Positions 19,947 to 29,427 of a stretch of DNA of 64,000 nt are shown piece by piece. This DNA is from Terriglobia bacterium (GTDB lineage Bacteria > Acidobacteriota > Terriglobia > Acidiferrales > UBA7541): the NCBI GenBank assembly GCA_963695545.1, contig OY968796.1, positions 4,032,001 through 4,096,000 of the forward strand. The letters are read 5' to 3'. Position 1 is the first letter of the stretch. The number at the start of each line of letters is the position of its first letter. The notes below the pieces were generated by a model. That model was not told the DNA's origin, made no database searches, and saw nothing but the letters and a program-made list of their open reading frames with translations. The translations under genes and the position numbers were made by a program.

Positions 19947-21020
19947 TCATTCTTTGGTTTTCGGTGCGGCTTGCGAAGCGCGCTTTGACGTTGAACCCGA
20001 TTTGATCTGATTGTTGCTTGGAGGAAACGTTGTGGACTCGCGAAGAATCAGTTGAGTGTTCAACACGTACTCGGTTCCGTTTGGCGAGGGCGATTCCCTG
20101 TTCACATCTTTAAGAAGGGCGTTGAACGCAAGGGTCGCCAGTTCCGCCTGTGACATTTTAATCGTGGTTAGCGAAGGAATCATGTAGTCGGCCAATCGCG
20201 TGTCGTCAAATCCGATCACCGACAATTCCCGAGGCACCGTGATCCCCAGTTCGTAAGCCTGCCTCATCACGCCGATGGCCGTCATGTCATTGGAGCAAAT
20301 CAGAGCCGTGGGCTGTTCCCGAAGCTGCGAAAGTTCCTGCAGCGCGCGCTTTCCCCCTTCCAGTCGGTGGTCTCCCTGGACGATAAATTCGGGCCGCACG
20401 TGCAGACCAATCTCGCGCATGGACTCCTCGAACGCGTGTCTGCGCGCCACTGCGGAGCGCAGCCGCAGCGGCCCGCTCACGAATCCAATAAGCTCGTGAC
20501 GCATGGCCGCCAGGTGTTGCACGGCTTGGCGAATGCCGTGCGCGTAGTCGACACGGATGTTACTGACGCGCGGCGCCTTGGGCCCGACGTCAACGAACAC
20601 CAGAGGCAATTTCCGAAATCGCAGATGCTCGAGGAGTTCTTCTTCCATTCCGAAGGTAAGAATAGCGACGCCGTCCACGCGGCTTTCAATCATCCTGCGA
20701 ACCGCCAGTTCCATGCGCTTTGGGTCGTGAATCGTCGAGGTCAGAAGAATTTCGTAATTTTGTTCCACCGCGAGCGTTTCGAAAGTTTGCACGATTTCAG
20801 GAAAGAAAGGATTCGTAATTTCCGAAACGACCAGTCCAAAAACTCGGCTTCGCCCGGACACCAGGGCACGAGCTTGCCGATTTGGATAATATCCTAGCTC
20901 CGCAATGGCTTTCCAAACGCGCTTGGCCATTTGCGCGTCGACCGTCGCTACCTGGTTCACCGTGCGCGAGACGGTTGCGGTCGACACCCTCGCTCGTCTG
21001 GCGACATCGCGAATGTCCAC
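19947..21020 (-). CDS. LacI-family transcriptional regulator
   Basis: DIRDVARRARVSTATVSRTVN HTH, YYPNRQARAL hinge, CSNDMTAIG and LSVIGFDD. Confidence 0.96.
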   Translation of the reverse strand: MDIRDVARRARVSTATVSRTVNQVATVDAQMAKRVWKAIAELGYYPNRQARALVSGRSRVFGLVVSEITNPFFPEIVQTFETLAVEQNYEILLTSTIHDPKRMELAVRRMIESRVDGVAILTFGMEEELLEHLRFRKLPLVFVDVGPKAPRVSNIRVDYAHGIRQAVQHLAAMRHELIGFVSGPLRLRSAVARRHAFEESMREIGLHVRPEFIVQGDHRLEGGKRALQELSQLREQPTALICSNDMTAIGVMRQAYELGITVPRELSVIGFDDTRLADYMIPSLTTIKMSQAELATLAFNALLKDVNRESPSPNGTEYVLNTQLILRESTTFPPSNNQIKSGSTSKRASQAAPKTKE

Positions 21021-21260
21021 GAGTCCTCTTCCTCAGCCCGCGGGGAGAAACGACGCCGACAGTATACGCTATCCCAAGACGCTATCCCAAACGCCTCGCA
21101 ACCGGCGCGCCGGCTGCGGGAAATTGCGCGCGCGCTTCGAAGCGAAACACAGTTCTCTATTGAACTGAGCCACTAATCGGAGACGACAGCATCGAAGTGA
21201 CAGAACATCGTCGGTTCGACGCTAGGCGCCCATCGCGCTTGCAAAGAGACCAAGAGCGTG

Positions 21261-21272
21261 GTAAGCGTTTAC
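21261..21272. promoter_or_regulatory. LacI-type operator (lacI/galM divergon)
   Basis: GTAAGCGTTTAC, a near-palindrome with central CG. The same motif recurs across the locus. Confidence 0.75.
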
Positions 21273-21327
21273 TCAGGTTGCACTGCGAACGTCAGTTTTG
21301 CTGTCGGAAGCTTCGAGGGGACGATTC

Positions 21328-22476
21328 ATGATCAGACCTTCCGCCATCGGTTTCACCTTCGCCAGTCTCTTGATCCTCGCGGCCTCACTCCACGGGCAGG
21401 CGGCGCCGCGCAAGGTGAAAGTCTTAGATTTTGGGAAGACCACCGATGGCATTTCTGTTTACCGGTACGTTCTGACCAACGAAAAGGGCGTCCAGGCGGT
21501 CGTGATCAGCTACGGCGCTACCTTGGTTTCGCTAAAAGTTCCCGATCGCAACGGCAAAATTGCGGACGTCGTGCTCGGCTACGACACGCTCGATGGCTAC
21601 GAGCAAGGCGCTTCATATTTTGGAGGCACAATCGGCAGATACGGGAACCGAATCGCCGGCGGGCAATTTACGCTCGACGGAACGGCGTTTCAGGTCCCAA
21701 AGAACGACGGGCCGAATAGCTTGCACGGGGGAACCATCGGTTTCAACAAGAGGGTTTGGACTGCTGTCGATCGATCGCGAGCGGATGCCGAGGTCCTCGA
21801 GTTGAGCTACACCAGCCCGGACGGAGAAGAAGGTTACCCGGGAACGCTTAAGGTGAAGGTCACCTACACGCTCCCGGCGGATTCAAATGAATTGCGCATC
21901 GATTATTTGGCGACGACCGATAAAGACACCGTCCTGAACCTCACGAATCATAGCTATTTCAATTTGACCGGCGACCCGAGCCAAACAATCTTGGACCACC
22001 AGTTGCTATTACACGCGCTGAAATTTACGCCCGTCGATTCGACTTTGATACCTACGGGAGAAGAGCGCGCGGTTCAAGGCACGCCTTTTGATTTTACGAA
22101 GCCGACAGCCATCGGGGCCCGCATCAATCAGGACGACGAGCAACTGAAGTTCGGCAAGGGATACGACCACAACTGGGTGCTGGAAAAAACCGCAGGTGGC
22201 GGATTACAGCTTGCCGCCGAAGTATTTGAACCCACCAGCGGACGAGTCCTGGAAATTCTGACAACCGAACCCGGCATCCAGTTTTACAGCGGCAACTTCT
22301 TGGACGGGACGGCGCGGGGCAAGGGCGGCCAACTCTATGCCTACCGGACCGGTCTGGCCCTGGAGACGCAGCACTTTCCGGATTCGCCGAACCATCCGAA
22401 TTTCCCGTCCACGGAGTTGAAACCGGGGCAAACGTATCGCTCAACGACGGTACTCCGTTTTTTGACTCGGAAATAA
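21328..22476 (+). CDS. galM: Aldose 1-epimerase (mutarotase) with signal peptide
   Basis: GRYGNRI, NSLHGG, NLTNHSYFNL, GYDHN and LETQHFPDSPN. Confidence 0.95.
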   Translation: MIRPSAIGFTFASLLILAASLHGQAAPRKVKVLDFGKTTDGISVYRYVLTNEKGVQAVVISYGATLVSLKVPDRNGKIADVVLGYDTLDGYEQGASYFGGTIGRYGNRIAGGQFTLDGTAFQVPKNDGPNSLHGGTIGFNKRVWTAVDRSRADAEVLELSYTSPDGEEGYPGTLKVKVTYTLPADSNELRIDYLATTDKDTVLNLTNHSYFNLTGDPSQTILDHQLLLHALKFTPVDSTLIPTGEERAVQGTPFDFTKPTAIGARINQDDEQLKFGKGYDHNWVLEKTAGGGLQLAAEVFEPTSGRVLEILTTEPGIQFYSGNFLDGTARGKGGQLYAYRTGLALETQHFPDSPNHPNFPSTELKPGQTYRSTTVLRFLTRK

Positions 22477-22652
22477 AGTTCGCAATAAGGAAGGCGAACG
22501 TGAAACCAAGCTGTCCTTCCTGTCGCTCAAGCCTACCCTGTTGTGCGGCTTACACCCGAAGCGCTGGCGGAACACGCATGCGCGGAGCGATGCCAACATT
22601 CATCTCGCGCGGCAAATCGGCGCGACCCAGAGAGGAAGCGATCTAAAGCGCC

Positions 22653-24071
22653 ATGCCGAACAAGAAAAAAATGACCATGGGAGTGATCGTGGGGAACCGG
22701 GGCTTCTTTCCGGATCATCTGGCGAAGACCGGAAGGGACGAGATGATCCGTGTCCTGCAAAATGCGGGCATCGAAGCGGTCGTGCTCGGGCCCGATCAGA
22801 GCAAGCACGGAGCGGTAGAGACCTACGAAGAAGCGAAGCTGTGCGCGGAGTTGTTTAAGTCGAAAGCCGGCGCCATCGACGGCGTAATCGTGACTTTGCC
22901 GAATTTTGGAGACGAGCGCGCCATTGCCGACACGCTGCGTCTAGCGCACTTGGGTGTCCCGGTTCTGGTGCAAGCGACTCCGGATACGCAGTCGAAAATG
23001 ACCATCACGCATCGTCGTGACAGTTTTTGCGGAAAAATGTCCGCTTGCAACAATTTGAAGCAATACGGCATTCCCTATTCCCTCACTACGCTTCACACCG
23101 AAGCGCCGGACTCCGCGGAATTCGCGCGTGACCTTGAATGGTTCTCCGCGGTTTGCCGCGTCGTGAAGGGTTTGAGGAATCTGCGCATCGGCGCGCTGGG
23201 CGCGCGTCCCGCGGCCTTCAACACCGTGCGCTATAGCGAAAAGCTGCTCGAGGCCAGCGGGATCTCCATCGAAACCCTTGATCTTTCCGAAGTGCTCGGG
23301 CGCATCAGCCGGATGAAGGACGCCGACGAAGCCGTGGTTAAAAAGCTGCAATCCATCAAGCGCTACGTGACGACCGCGGAGATTCCCGAGGCCGCGCTGC
23401 TCAAGATGGCCAAGCTCGGCGCCGTAGTCGATCACTGGATGAAAGCCACCGACGTACAGATCAGCGCCGTGCAATGCTGGACTTCGCTTGAAGAAAATCT
23501 CGGCGTGGTGCCCTGCACGGTGATGAGCATGATGAGCGAATCGCTGCTCTCGAGTGCCTGCGAAGTGGACGTGTGCGGTGTGCTGGGCATGCACGCATTG
23601 CAGCTGGCTTCGGAAACGCCCAGTGCGCTGCTCGATTGGAATAACAATTACGGAGACAATCCCAACAAGGCCGTGTGCTTCCACTGCAGCAATTTGCCCA
23701 AGCATTTTTTCAAGGACGTGAGGATGGATTATCAGGCGATTATCGCCGGCACGGTTGGAATGGAAAATACATTCGGAACCTGCGTGGGACACGTCAAACC
23801 CGGCGCCATGAGCTTCGCCCGGTTCTCGACCGACGATACGGCCGGCAGGATTCGCGGATACACCGGCGAGGGAAGATTTACGGATGATCCGCTGGAAACT
23901 TTCGGCGGTGCGGGCGTGGTTGAGATTCCCGAACTGCAGAAACTGCTGCGCTATATTTGTGAAAACGGTTTCGAGCACCACGTCGCCGCCAATTTTTCCT
24001 CGGTTGCGCCCGCGGTGCACGAAGCCGCCGCGCGTTACCTGGGCTGGGAAATGTACGCACACGTAGGGTAA
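22653..24071 (+). CDS. L-fucose/L-arabinose isomerase family protein (probable pentose isomerase)
   Basis: NFGDE, RRDSFCGKMS, QCW, ACEVD, FHCSN and GFEHH motifs. Lies between galM and ribulokinase. Confidence 0.8.
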   Translation: MPNKKKMTMGVIVGNRGFFPDHLAKTGRDEMIRVLQNAGIEAVVLGPDQSKHGAVETYEEAKLCAELFKSKAGAIDGVIVTLPNFGDERAIADTLRLAHLGVPVLVQATPDTQSKMTITHRRDSFCGKMSACNNLKQYGIPYSLTTLHTEAPDSAEFARDLEWFSAVCRVVKGLRNLRIGALGARPAAFNTVRYSEKLLEASGISIETLDLSEVLGRISRMKDADEAVVKKLQSIKRYVTTAEIPEAALLKMAKLGAVVDHWMKATDVQISAVQCWTSLEENLGVVPCTVMSMMSESLLSSACEVDVCGVLGMHALQLASETPSALLDWNNNYGDNPNKAVCFHCSNLPKHFFKDVRMDYQAIIAGTVGMENTFGTCVGHVKPGAMSFARFSTDDTAGRIRGYTGEGRFTDDPLETFGGAGVVEIPELQKLLRYICENGFEHHVAANFSSVAPAVHEAAARYLGWEMYAHVG

Positions 24072-24103
24072 AGTTTTATTCCTGCGCGGCGGGTGAAAAT
24101 CTT

Positions 24104-25684
24104 ATGGCCATCGTAGCTGGGGTTGATTTTGGAACTTTGAGCGTTCGCGTGTCGATTATGGATAGCGAACGCGGCTTGCTGGCGACCGCGCTTGCGGAAT
24201 ATCCGCTCCATCGCAAACGCGAAGACCCTGAATATGCCACGCAGTCGCACGACGATCAAATGCGCGCGCTCGCCAGCGCCACGCGCGAGGCCGTAAAGCA
24301 AGCGCACATCTCCGGCGATCAAGTCGAAGCCATCGCTCTCGATACCACTGGCTCCTCCGTGATTCCCGTTGGGAAAAATCTCCAGCCGCTCGACGAATAT
24401 TATCTTTGGTGCGATCACCGCGCGAAGTCCGAAGCTGCGGAGATTACCGAAGCCGCGCTTCGGGAAAAACTTCCGGCTATCCAGTGGTGCGGCGGCGTGT
24501 ATTCCTCCGAGTGGGGTTTCTCAAAGCTGCTGCACTGGTTGCGGCACAATCCCGCCAAGCGCGCCGATTTCGCTTCCGCCTTCGAGCACTGTGACATGGT
24601 GGCGGCCACGCTCTGCGGAATCACCGATCCTCGCAAAGCTAAGCGCAGCGTTTGCGCCATGGGGCACAAGTGGCTGTGGAATCCGGATCTTGGCGGCCTG
24701 CCGCCGGAAGAGTTCCTGGTCAAAGTGGATCCCTTGCTTGCGGGCGTAAGAGAAAAACTTCAGGGCGAATACGCCACCTCAGACAAAATTGCCGGAAGGC
24801 TCTCCCCGTTCTGGGCGGAGAAACTCGGATTGAAGGCCGGCATTCCCATTCCAGTCGGAGCATTCGACGCGCATTGGGATGCCATCGGCGCAGGATGCCG
24901 CACTGAAGATATGGTGAATGTCATCGGCACGTCGACTTGCATAATTGGAATTACGCCTTCGGTCAATCTGGTGCCCGGAGTCTGCGGAGTAGTTCAGGGC
25001 AGCGTGCATCCGAAGCGCACCGGAATCGAGGCTGGTCTTTCGGCCGTGGGGGATATTTTTAACGCCATCGCCAGCCGAGCAGGCACCGATGTTGCGACGC
25101 TCAGCCAGGGTCTCGAGAAATATCAACCCGGGCAGACCGGTCTTCTGCGTATGACCTGGGACAACGGAGACCGAACCGTCTTGGTGAATCCGAATTTGCG
25201 CGGAATAACTTTCGGCTGGAACCTGCAGAGCACCGCTGAGGACGAACTCTTCGCCGCGATCGAAGGCACCGCGCTCCACACGCGAATCATTCTGGATCGC
25301 ATGGCCGAACACGACGTGAACATCAAGCGCGTGATCAATGCCGGTGGAATTCCGCAGAAGAACAACGTGCTGAATCAAATCTACGCCAACGTTTTGGGAA
25401 GGCCGGTGCTCGTGCCGAGCAAAAGTGTCGTCAGTTTAGGTTCCGCGATTTTCGCTTTTCTTGCGGCCGGCACGTTTAAATCCGTGGACGAGGCTCAGGA
25501 TAAGATTTGTCCCAAAAATGTGGTGTTCACACCAGAGCCCGCGGCGCAGAAGGTCTACGACACGCTCTACACGCTCTATCAAAAGCTTTATTTCGCTTTT
25601 GGGCAGCCGAGCGACCCGAAGTTCGGCGACGTTTTGCCAACCCTCATCGGCGTAGCCGAGAAGGCCTACCAGCGCGATTCATAA
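24104..25684 (+). CDS. araB: Ribulokinase (FGGY kinase)
   Basis: GVDFGTLSVR, DTTGSS, LWCDH, GGVYSSEW, CAMGHK, FDAH, GTSTC and NGDRT. Confidence 0.88.
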   Translation: MAIVAGVDFGTLSVRVSIMDSERGLLATALAEYPLHRKREDPEYATQSHDDQMRALASATREAVKQAHISGDQVEAIALDTTGSSVIPVGKNLQPLDEYYLWCDHRAKSEAAEITEAALREKLPAIQWCGGVYSSEWGFSKLLHWLRHNPAKRADFASAFEHCDMVAATLCGITDPRKAKRSVCAMGHKWLWNPDLGGLPPEEFLVKVDPLLAGVREKLQGEYATSDKIAGRLSPFWAEKLGLKAGIPIPVGAFDAHWDAIGAGCRTEDMVNVIGTSTCIIGITPSVNLVPGVCGVVQGSVHPKRTGIEAGLSAVGDIFNAIASRAGTDVATLSQGLEKYQPGQTGLLRMTWDNGDRTVLVNPNLRGITFGWNLQSTAEDELFAAIEGTALHTRIILDRMAEHDVNIKRVINAGGIPQKNNVLNQIYANVLGRPVLVPSKSVVSLGSAIFAFLAAGTFKSVDEAQDKICPKNVVFTPEPAAQKVYDTLYTLYQKLYFAFGQPSDPKFGDVLPTLIGVAEKAYQRDS

Positions 25685-25714
25685 TTCGATCTGTGCGCGC
25701 CGGGGACGAGAACC

Positions 25715-27583
25715 CTAGCTCTCAACCGTGTGATAAAGCCGGTAAGGCTCATCACCGATTGCCGCAAACGATCGAAATGTCGTTTTTCCCGCGCTGCCCT
25801 GCACCATCCAGTCTTGTGAAGACGCAGAGGCGGCCAGCAGTTGCGCGCGCGTAAAGCTTGCCGGCAAATCCCCCACGCCGAACAGCGCCAGCGGCCCTTG
25901 GCGAAGCGCCACGATCTGCGGGTTCTGCGCATCGATGGCATCCAGGCGAAGTGGCATTCCAATTTCGTATTCCACGCGATCGCCATTCTTCCACGTTCGC
26001 GTGAGTTCAAAGAATTGTCCCGCGACAACTTCGCCTTCGGCTCGCTTGCCGTTTACAGAAATGCGCGTCGAGGCATCCGACCATGCCGGAACCCGCACGT
26101 AGATCGTAAACTTTTCGGGACGCGCCATTTCGAGTTGAAGCTCGGTTTGATTCGACGCCGGATAGTTGGTTTTTTGAGTGACACTGCATTGCGTTCCGCC
26201 TTGCATCCAACTCACGCGCGAAGGAATGAAGAGATTGACGTAGATTCCCTCTTTGGCCGCGTAGTACGAGCTGATGCCGTAATCCGCGCTCAATTGCGGA
26301 AAAGTGCCGGAACAGCACGGCCATTTTTGTTCGTAATAGACTTTCTTCGCTTCGTCGTTGTTGTAATCCGAGTAGTAGAAACTCGTGCCGTCGGCGAGAA
26401 TGGGTTTGGCTCCGGCGATCGTGTTGTATAGCACCTGTTCCATGCTGTCGCCGTAACGAGAATCGCGGGTCACGCGCAGCAGGTAGCGCGTGATCTTGAA
26501 GTGTCCGTAGGCGCCACATGGCGTCTCGAAGCTCGCGTGGGTGTAACCCAGGCTCTTCGCAAGCAATCCCTTCCCGGGTTCAACGAACGATTCGTTCGGT
26601 CCCCATCCCCCTGTTGCGTAGCTCTGTTCCTGAACCATCCGCAGTCCGTTCGCCGCGGCGTGGAGATACTGCTCGTCTCCCAGGACAAAGTAAGCCTGCA
26701 TTGCGGAACTTAGCGTATTGACGTGGCTGTAGGCGTGCATGTGCGGAAGCGCGTTCTGATTCGCCGCCAGAGGATCATAGTACTCATGGTAGATAAAGCG
26801 TTCCGCTAAATCTCTGTAGCGTTTGTCGCCGCTTCGTTGGTATGCCAGAAAGAAATTCTCCGGCAGCGTGTACGGTTCGTCCCATCCGTAGGAAATGTCC
26901 TTATGGGCCGCAGCTGCGCGAGCTTCCTGTTCGTCCCGAGTCAGGGCGCGCGGCGGCAGATATGGCAAAACAGCATCCGTGGCCCTCTCGAGAACACCCA
27001 GAGCGTTAGGATCCGCGGCGAATTCGTACGCATCGATCAGGCCGCAATTCGTCTTGTCGAAGGTATACGCCGGCAGTCGGTAGTCGATGTAGAATTTCCC
27101 GGACGGTTCAACGGTCTCGCCGAAGGCGCTGACGAGTCGGTGAACCTTTTCCTGCGTAGGCTTCGATCCCGTCACCGCGTACGCGCGAGCCAATCCGGAA
27201 AGATATTGGCCGAACGAATGTCCGGGAATAAATGCATGAAAATTACGCGGCACGCCACCAAACCCGCTGGAAAAATCATTGCCGTTGTCGTACCAGCCGC
27301 CCATATCGGGACCAGGAGCCGGCATCCCTTCACGCTGCCGAAACGGTTTGAGTAACGAATCTTCATTGAGACCAAGAAATCGCGCATGGTTTTGATCGAA
27401 CTGGATGCGGAAAGGTCCGTCAAGCAGCTGCACGGCTGAGTAGCCGAAGACTGAGAGTGGAGGAGTGATCGCAACACTCGCCGTCTCGGGGCGCGCCCAC
27501 GCTGGAAGAGAACGCGCTGCGAATACGCCGGCGGTCGAAATCGCCGCTGACTTAAGGAACTGCCGCCTGGATTTATTTTTCAC
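25715..27583 (-). CDS. Tat-exported beta-L-arabinofuranosidase-like protein (GH127/GH146)
   Basis: SRRQFLK signal; GHSFGQYLS, HAYSH, YATGG, ETPC and WPCCSGT motifs. Confidence 0.85.
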   Translation of the reverse strand: MKNKSRRQFLKSAAISTAGVFAARSLPAWARPETASVAITPPLSVFGYSAVQLLDGPFRIQFDQNHARFLGLNEDSLLKPFRQREGMPAPGPDMGGWYDNGNDFSSGFGGVPRNFHAFIPGHSFGQYLSGLARAYAVTGSKPTQEKVHRLVSAFGETVEPSGKFYIDYRLPAYTFDKTNCGLIDAYEFAADPNALGVLERATDAVLPYLPPRALTRDEQEARAAAAHKDISYGWDEPYTLPENFFLAYQRSGDKRYRDLAERFIYHEYYDPLAANQNALPHMHAYSHVNTLSSAMQAYFVLGDEQYLHAAANGLRMVQEQSYATGGWGPNESFVEPGKGLLAKSLGYTHASFETPCGAYGHFKITRYLLRVTRDSRYGDSMEQVLYNTIAGAKPILADGTSFYYSDYNNDEAKKVYYEQKWPCCSGTFPQLSADYGISSYYAAKEGIYVNLFIPSRVSWMQGGTQCSVTQKTNYPASNQTELQLEMARPEKFTIYVRVPAWSDASTRISVNGKRAEGEVVAGQFFELTRTWKNGDRVEYEIGMPLRLDAIDAQNPQIVALRQGPLALFGVGDLPASFTRAQLLAASASSQDWMVQGSAGKTTFRSFAAIGDEPYRLYHTVES

Positions 27584-27672
27584 AGCCAGACCTCCTCGGC
27601 TCGCTTAGGAAACGCCGCCCCTCAAGATCCGTGGGTTGGGTCGGGAATAAGCTCGTGGCCGCATGAAACTCA

Positions 27673-27746
27673 GCAATCGTTTTCTCAAACAGGCTAGATA
27701 TAGCGCGTGAAATGCTCGGCGTCAAACTTTAGCTGTAATCGATTTC
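27673..27746. promoter_or_regulatory. Two degenerate LacI-type operators in the GH127/TPR divergon
   Basis: GCAATCGTTTTC (27673-27684) and GTAATCGATTTC (27735-27746). Confidence 0.5.
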
Positions 27747-27750
27747 CCGG

Positions 27751-29316
27751 ATGCAGTATCCTTTCCCTGCAGAGATGCCAGTTCGACCAGTAGCTATGAT
27801 CGCTCCCTTGAGAACCCTGGGCCTCGCAATCATTCTGTTGGCTTGCCAATCTGTAGCCTTTTCTCAGACCAGTCGGACCCAAATAGGGCCCATCACGTCC
27901 GCGCTCGACGCCAAAGACTATGACAGGGCGGTCGAACTCACACGCGCTGCGCTGCAGCAATCGCCCAACAATGCGCAATTGTGGACGCTCGAAGGCATTG
28001 CCCTGATTAGCAAAGGTGATGGCAAAGACGCTCTGGTTGCCTTCCAGCGAGCGCTGAAAATTTCTCCAAACGACATCGCGGCGCTGGCCGGAGCCAGTCA
28101 GATCGAATACCAAACCGGGAACCAGGCAGCCGTGCCGCTCCTGAGTCACTTGCTCCAATTGCGTCCAGACGATCCCACCGCCAACGCCATGCTGGCAGTC
28201 CTCGAGTATCGCCAGGGGAATTGCGCCGCTGCGGTCCCACATTTCGCGAAAGCTGGCGACCTGCTCGATTCTCAGATCGACGCCTTGCACGCTTACGCCA
28301 CGTGCCTTGTGAAACTGAAGCGGCTCGATGACGCTGTCACGACTTTCGAGAAAGCCGTGGCCCTCCGCCCGGACGACCCGCGCGAACGCAGCGTCCTGGC
28401 ATCCATCCAGCTGATGGACGGCAAGCCGAAGGACGCACTTGTGACGCTGCAACCGTTGCTCGATTCTCAGAATGCGGATTCCGATACGCTCCAGCTTGCT
28501 TCCACCGCCTACGAAGACACCGGCGACACTCCGCAGGCAGTGGCTTTACTCAGGCAGGCAATTATGATCGACCCGAAAAACCCCGGCCCTTATTTGGATT
28601 TCGCCAACATTTGTTTCAATCACCAATCATTTCAAGTCGGTATCGACGTGATCACGGACGGTCTGTCGGTGCAGCCAAACTCCGATGACCTCTACGTGGC
28701 GCGCGGCGTCCTGTACGTGCAACTGGCCCAATACGACAAGGCCGAAGCCGACTTTGAGAAAGCCTACGAGTTGAATCCGAACCAGTCCTTGAGTATCGCC
28801 GCTCAAGGCTTGGTCGCTGTTCAGGCCAATGATCTCGATCACGCGCTGACGTCCATTCAGGAAAAATTGCAGCGCAAACCGAACGATCCCGTTCTGCTCT
28901 ATTTGCAGGCGGACATCCTTTCGCAGAAAGGCGTTGCTCCGGGCACGCCCGAGTTTCAACTGGCCATGAGCTCGGCAAAAAAAGCGGTAAGCGTGGATCC
29001 CACGCTGGGCGACGCTCGCGTGGTGCTGGCAAAACTCGAGATGCAAACCGGACAGTATCAGGACGCGATCGCGCAGTGCAGGAAGGTGCTGGTCAGCAAT
29101 CCCGACGATCAAACCGCAGTGTACCGCCTGATTCAAGCGTTGCGGAAAACCGGACAAACGCAAGAAATTCCAGAGTTGCTGCAACGTCTCGCAAAGATGC
29201 GTGAACAAACCACACAGGATGATCGGGAGCGCTCCCGTTACCATTTATTTGAAGACGACTCACCAACAGGCGACACTCCGGCAGCCGGCGCACCGACGCC
29301 CACGAGCCAGCCTTAG
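27751..29316 (+). CDS. Exported TPR-repeat protein
   Basis: Signal peptide (start probably ATG 27796) and many TPR units (A..L.P.D/N pattern). Confidence 0.9.
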   Translation: MQYPFPAEMPVRPVAMIAPLRTLGLAIILLACQSVAFSQTSRTQIGPITSALDAKDYDRAVELTRAALQQSPNNAQLWTLEGIALISKGDGKDALVAFQRALKISPNDIAALAGASQIEYQTGNQAAVPLLSHLLQLRPDDPTANAMLAVLEYRQGNCAAAVPHFAKAGDLLDSQIDALHAYATCLVKLKRLDDAVTTFEKAVALRPDDPRERSVLASIQLMDGKPKDALVTLQPLLDSQNADSDTLQLASTAYEDTGDTPQAVALLRQAIMIDPKNPGPYLDFANICFNHQSFQVGIDVITDGLSVQPNSDDLYVARGVLYVQLAQYDKAEADFEKAYELNPNQSLSIAAQGLVAVQANDLDHALTSIQEKLQRKPNDPVLLYLQADILSQKGVAPGTPEFQLAMSSAKKAVSVDPTLGDARVVLAKLEMQTGQYQDAIAQCRKVLVSNPDDQTAVYRLIQALRKTGQTQEIPELLQRLAKMREQTTQDDRERSRYHLFEDDSPTGDTPAAGAPTPTSQP

Positions 29317-29427
29317 GCACCGCCTGGAAGTCTTTTCGCGGAGCGATCGCATGAATTTCGAGAAACTCTTTGCTCGCGCCGTGCATCTGCCACAATTGCC
29401 AGTCGAGGTCACCGTGCCACGAATAGG

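Noticed and set aside
22941..24062. 373-aa minus-strand ORF (similarly 34381..35364, 29260..30231, 14199..14750)
   Set aside because: Antisense shadows of genes with clear family motifs.
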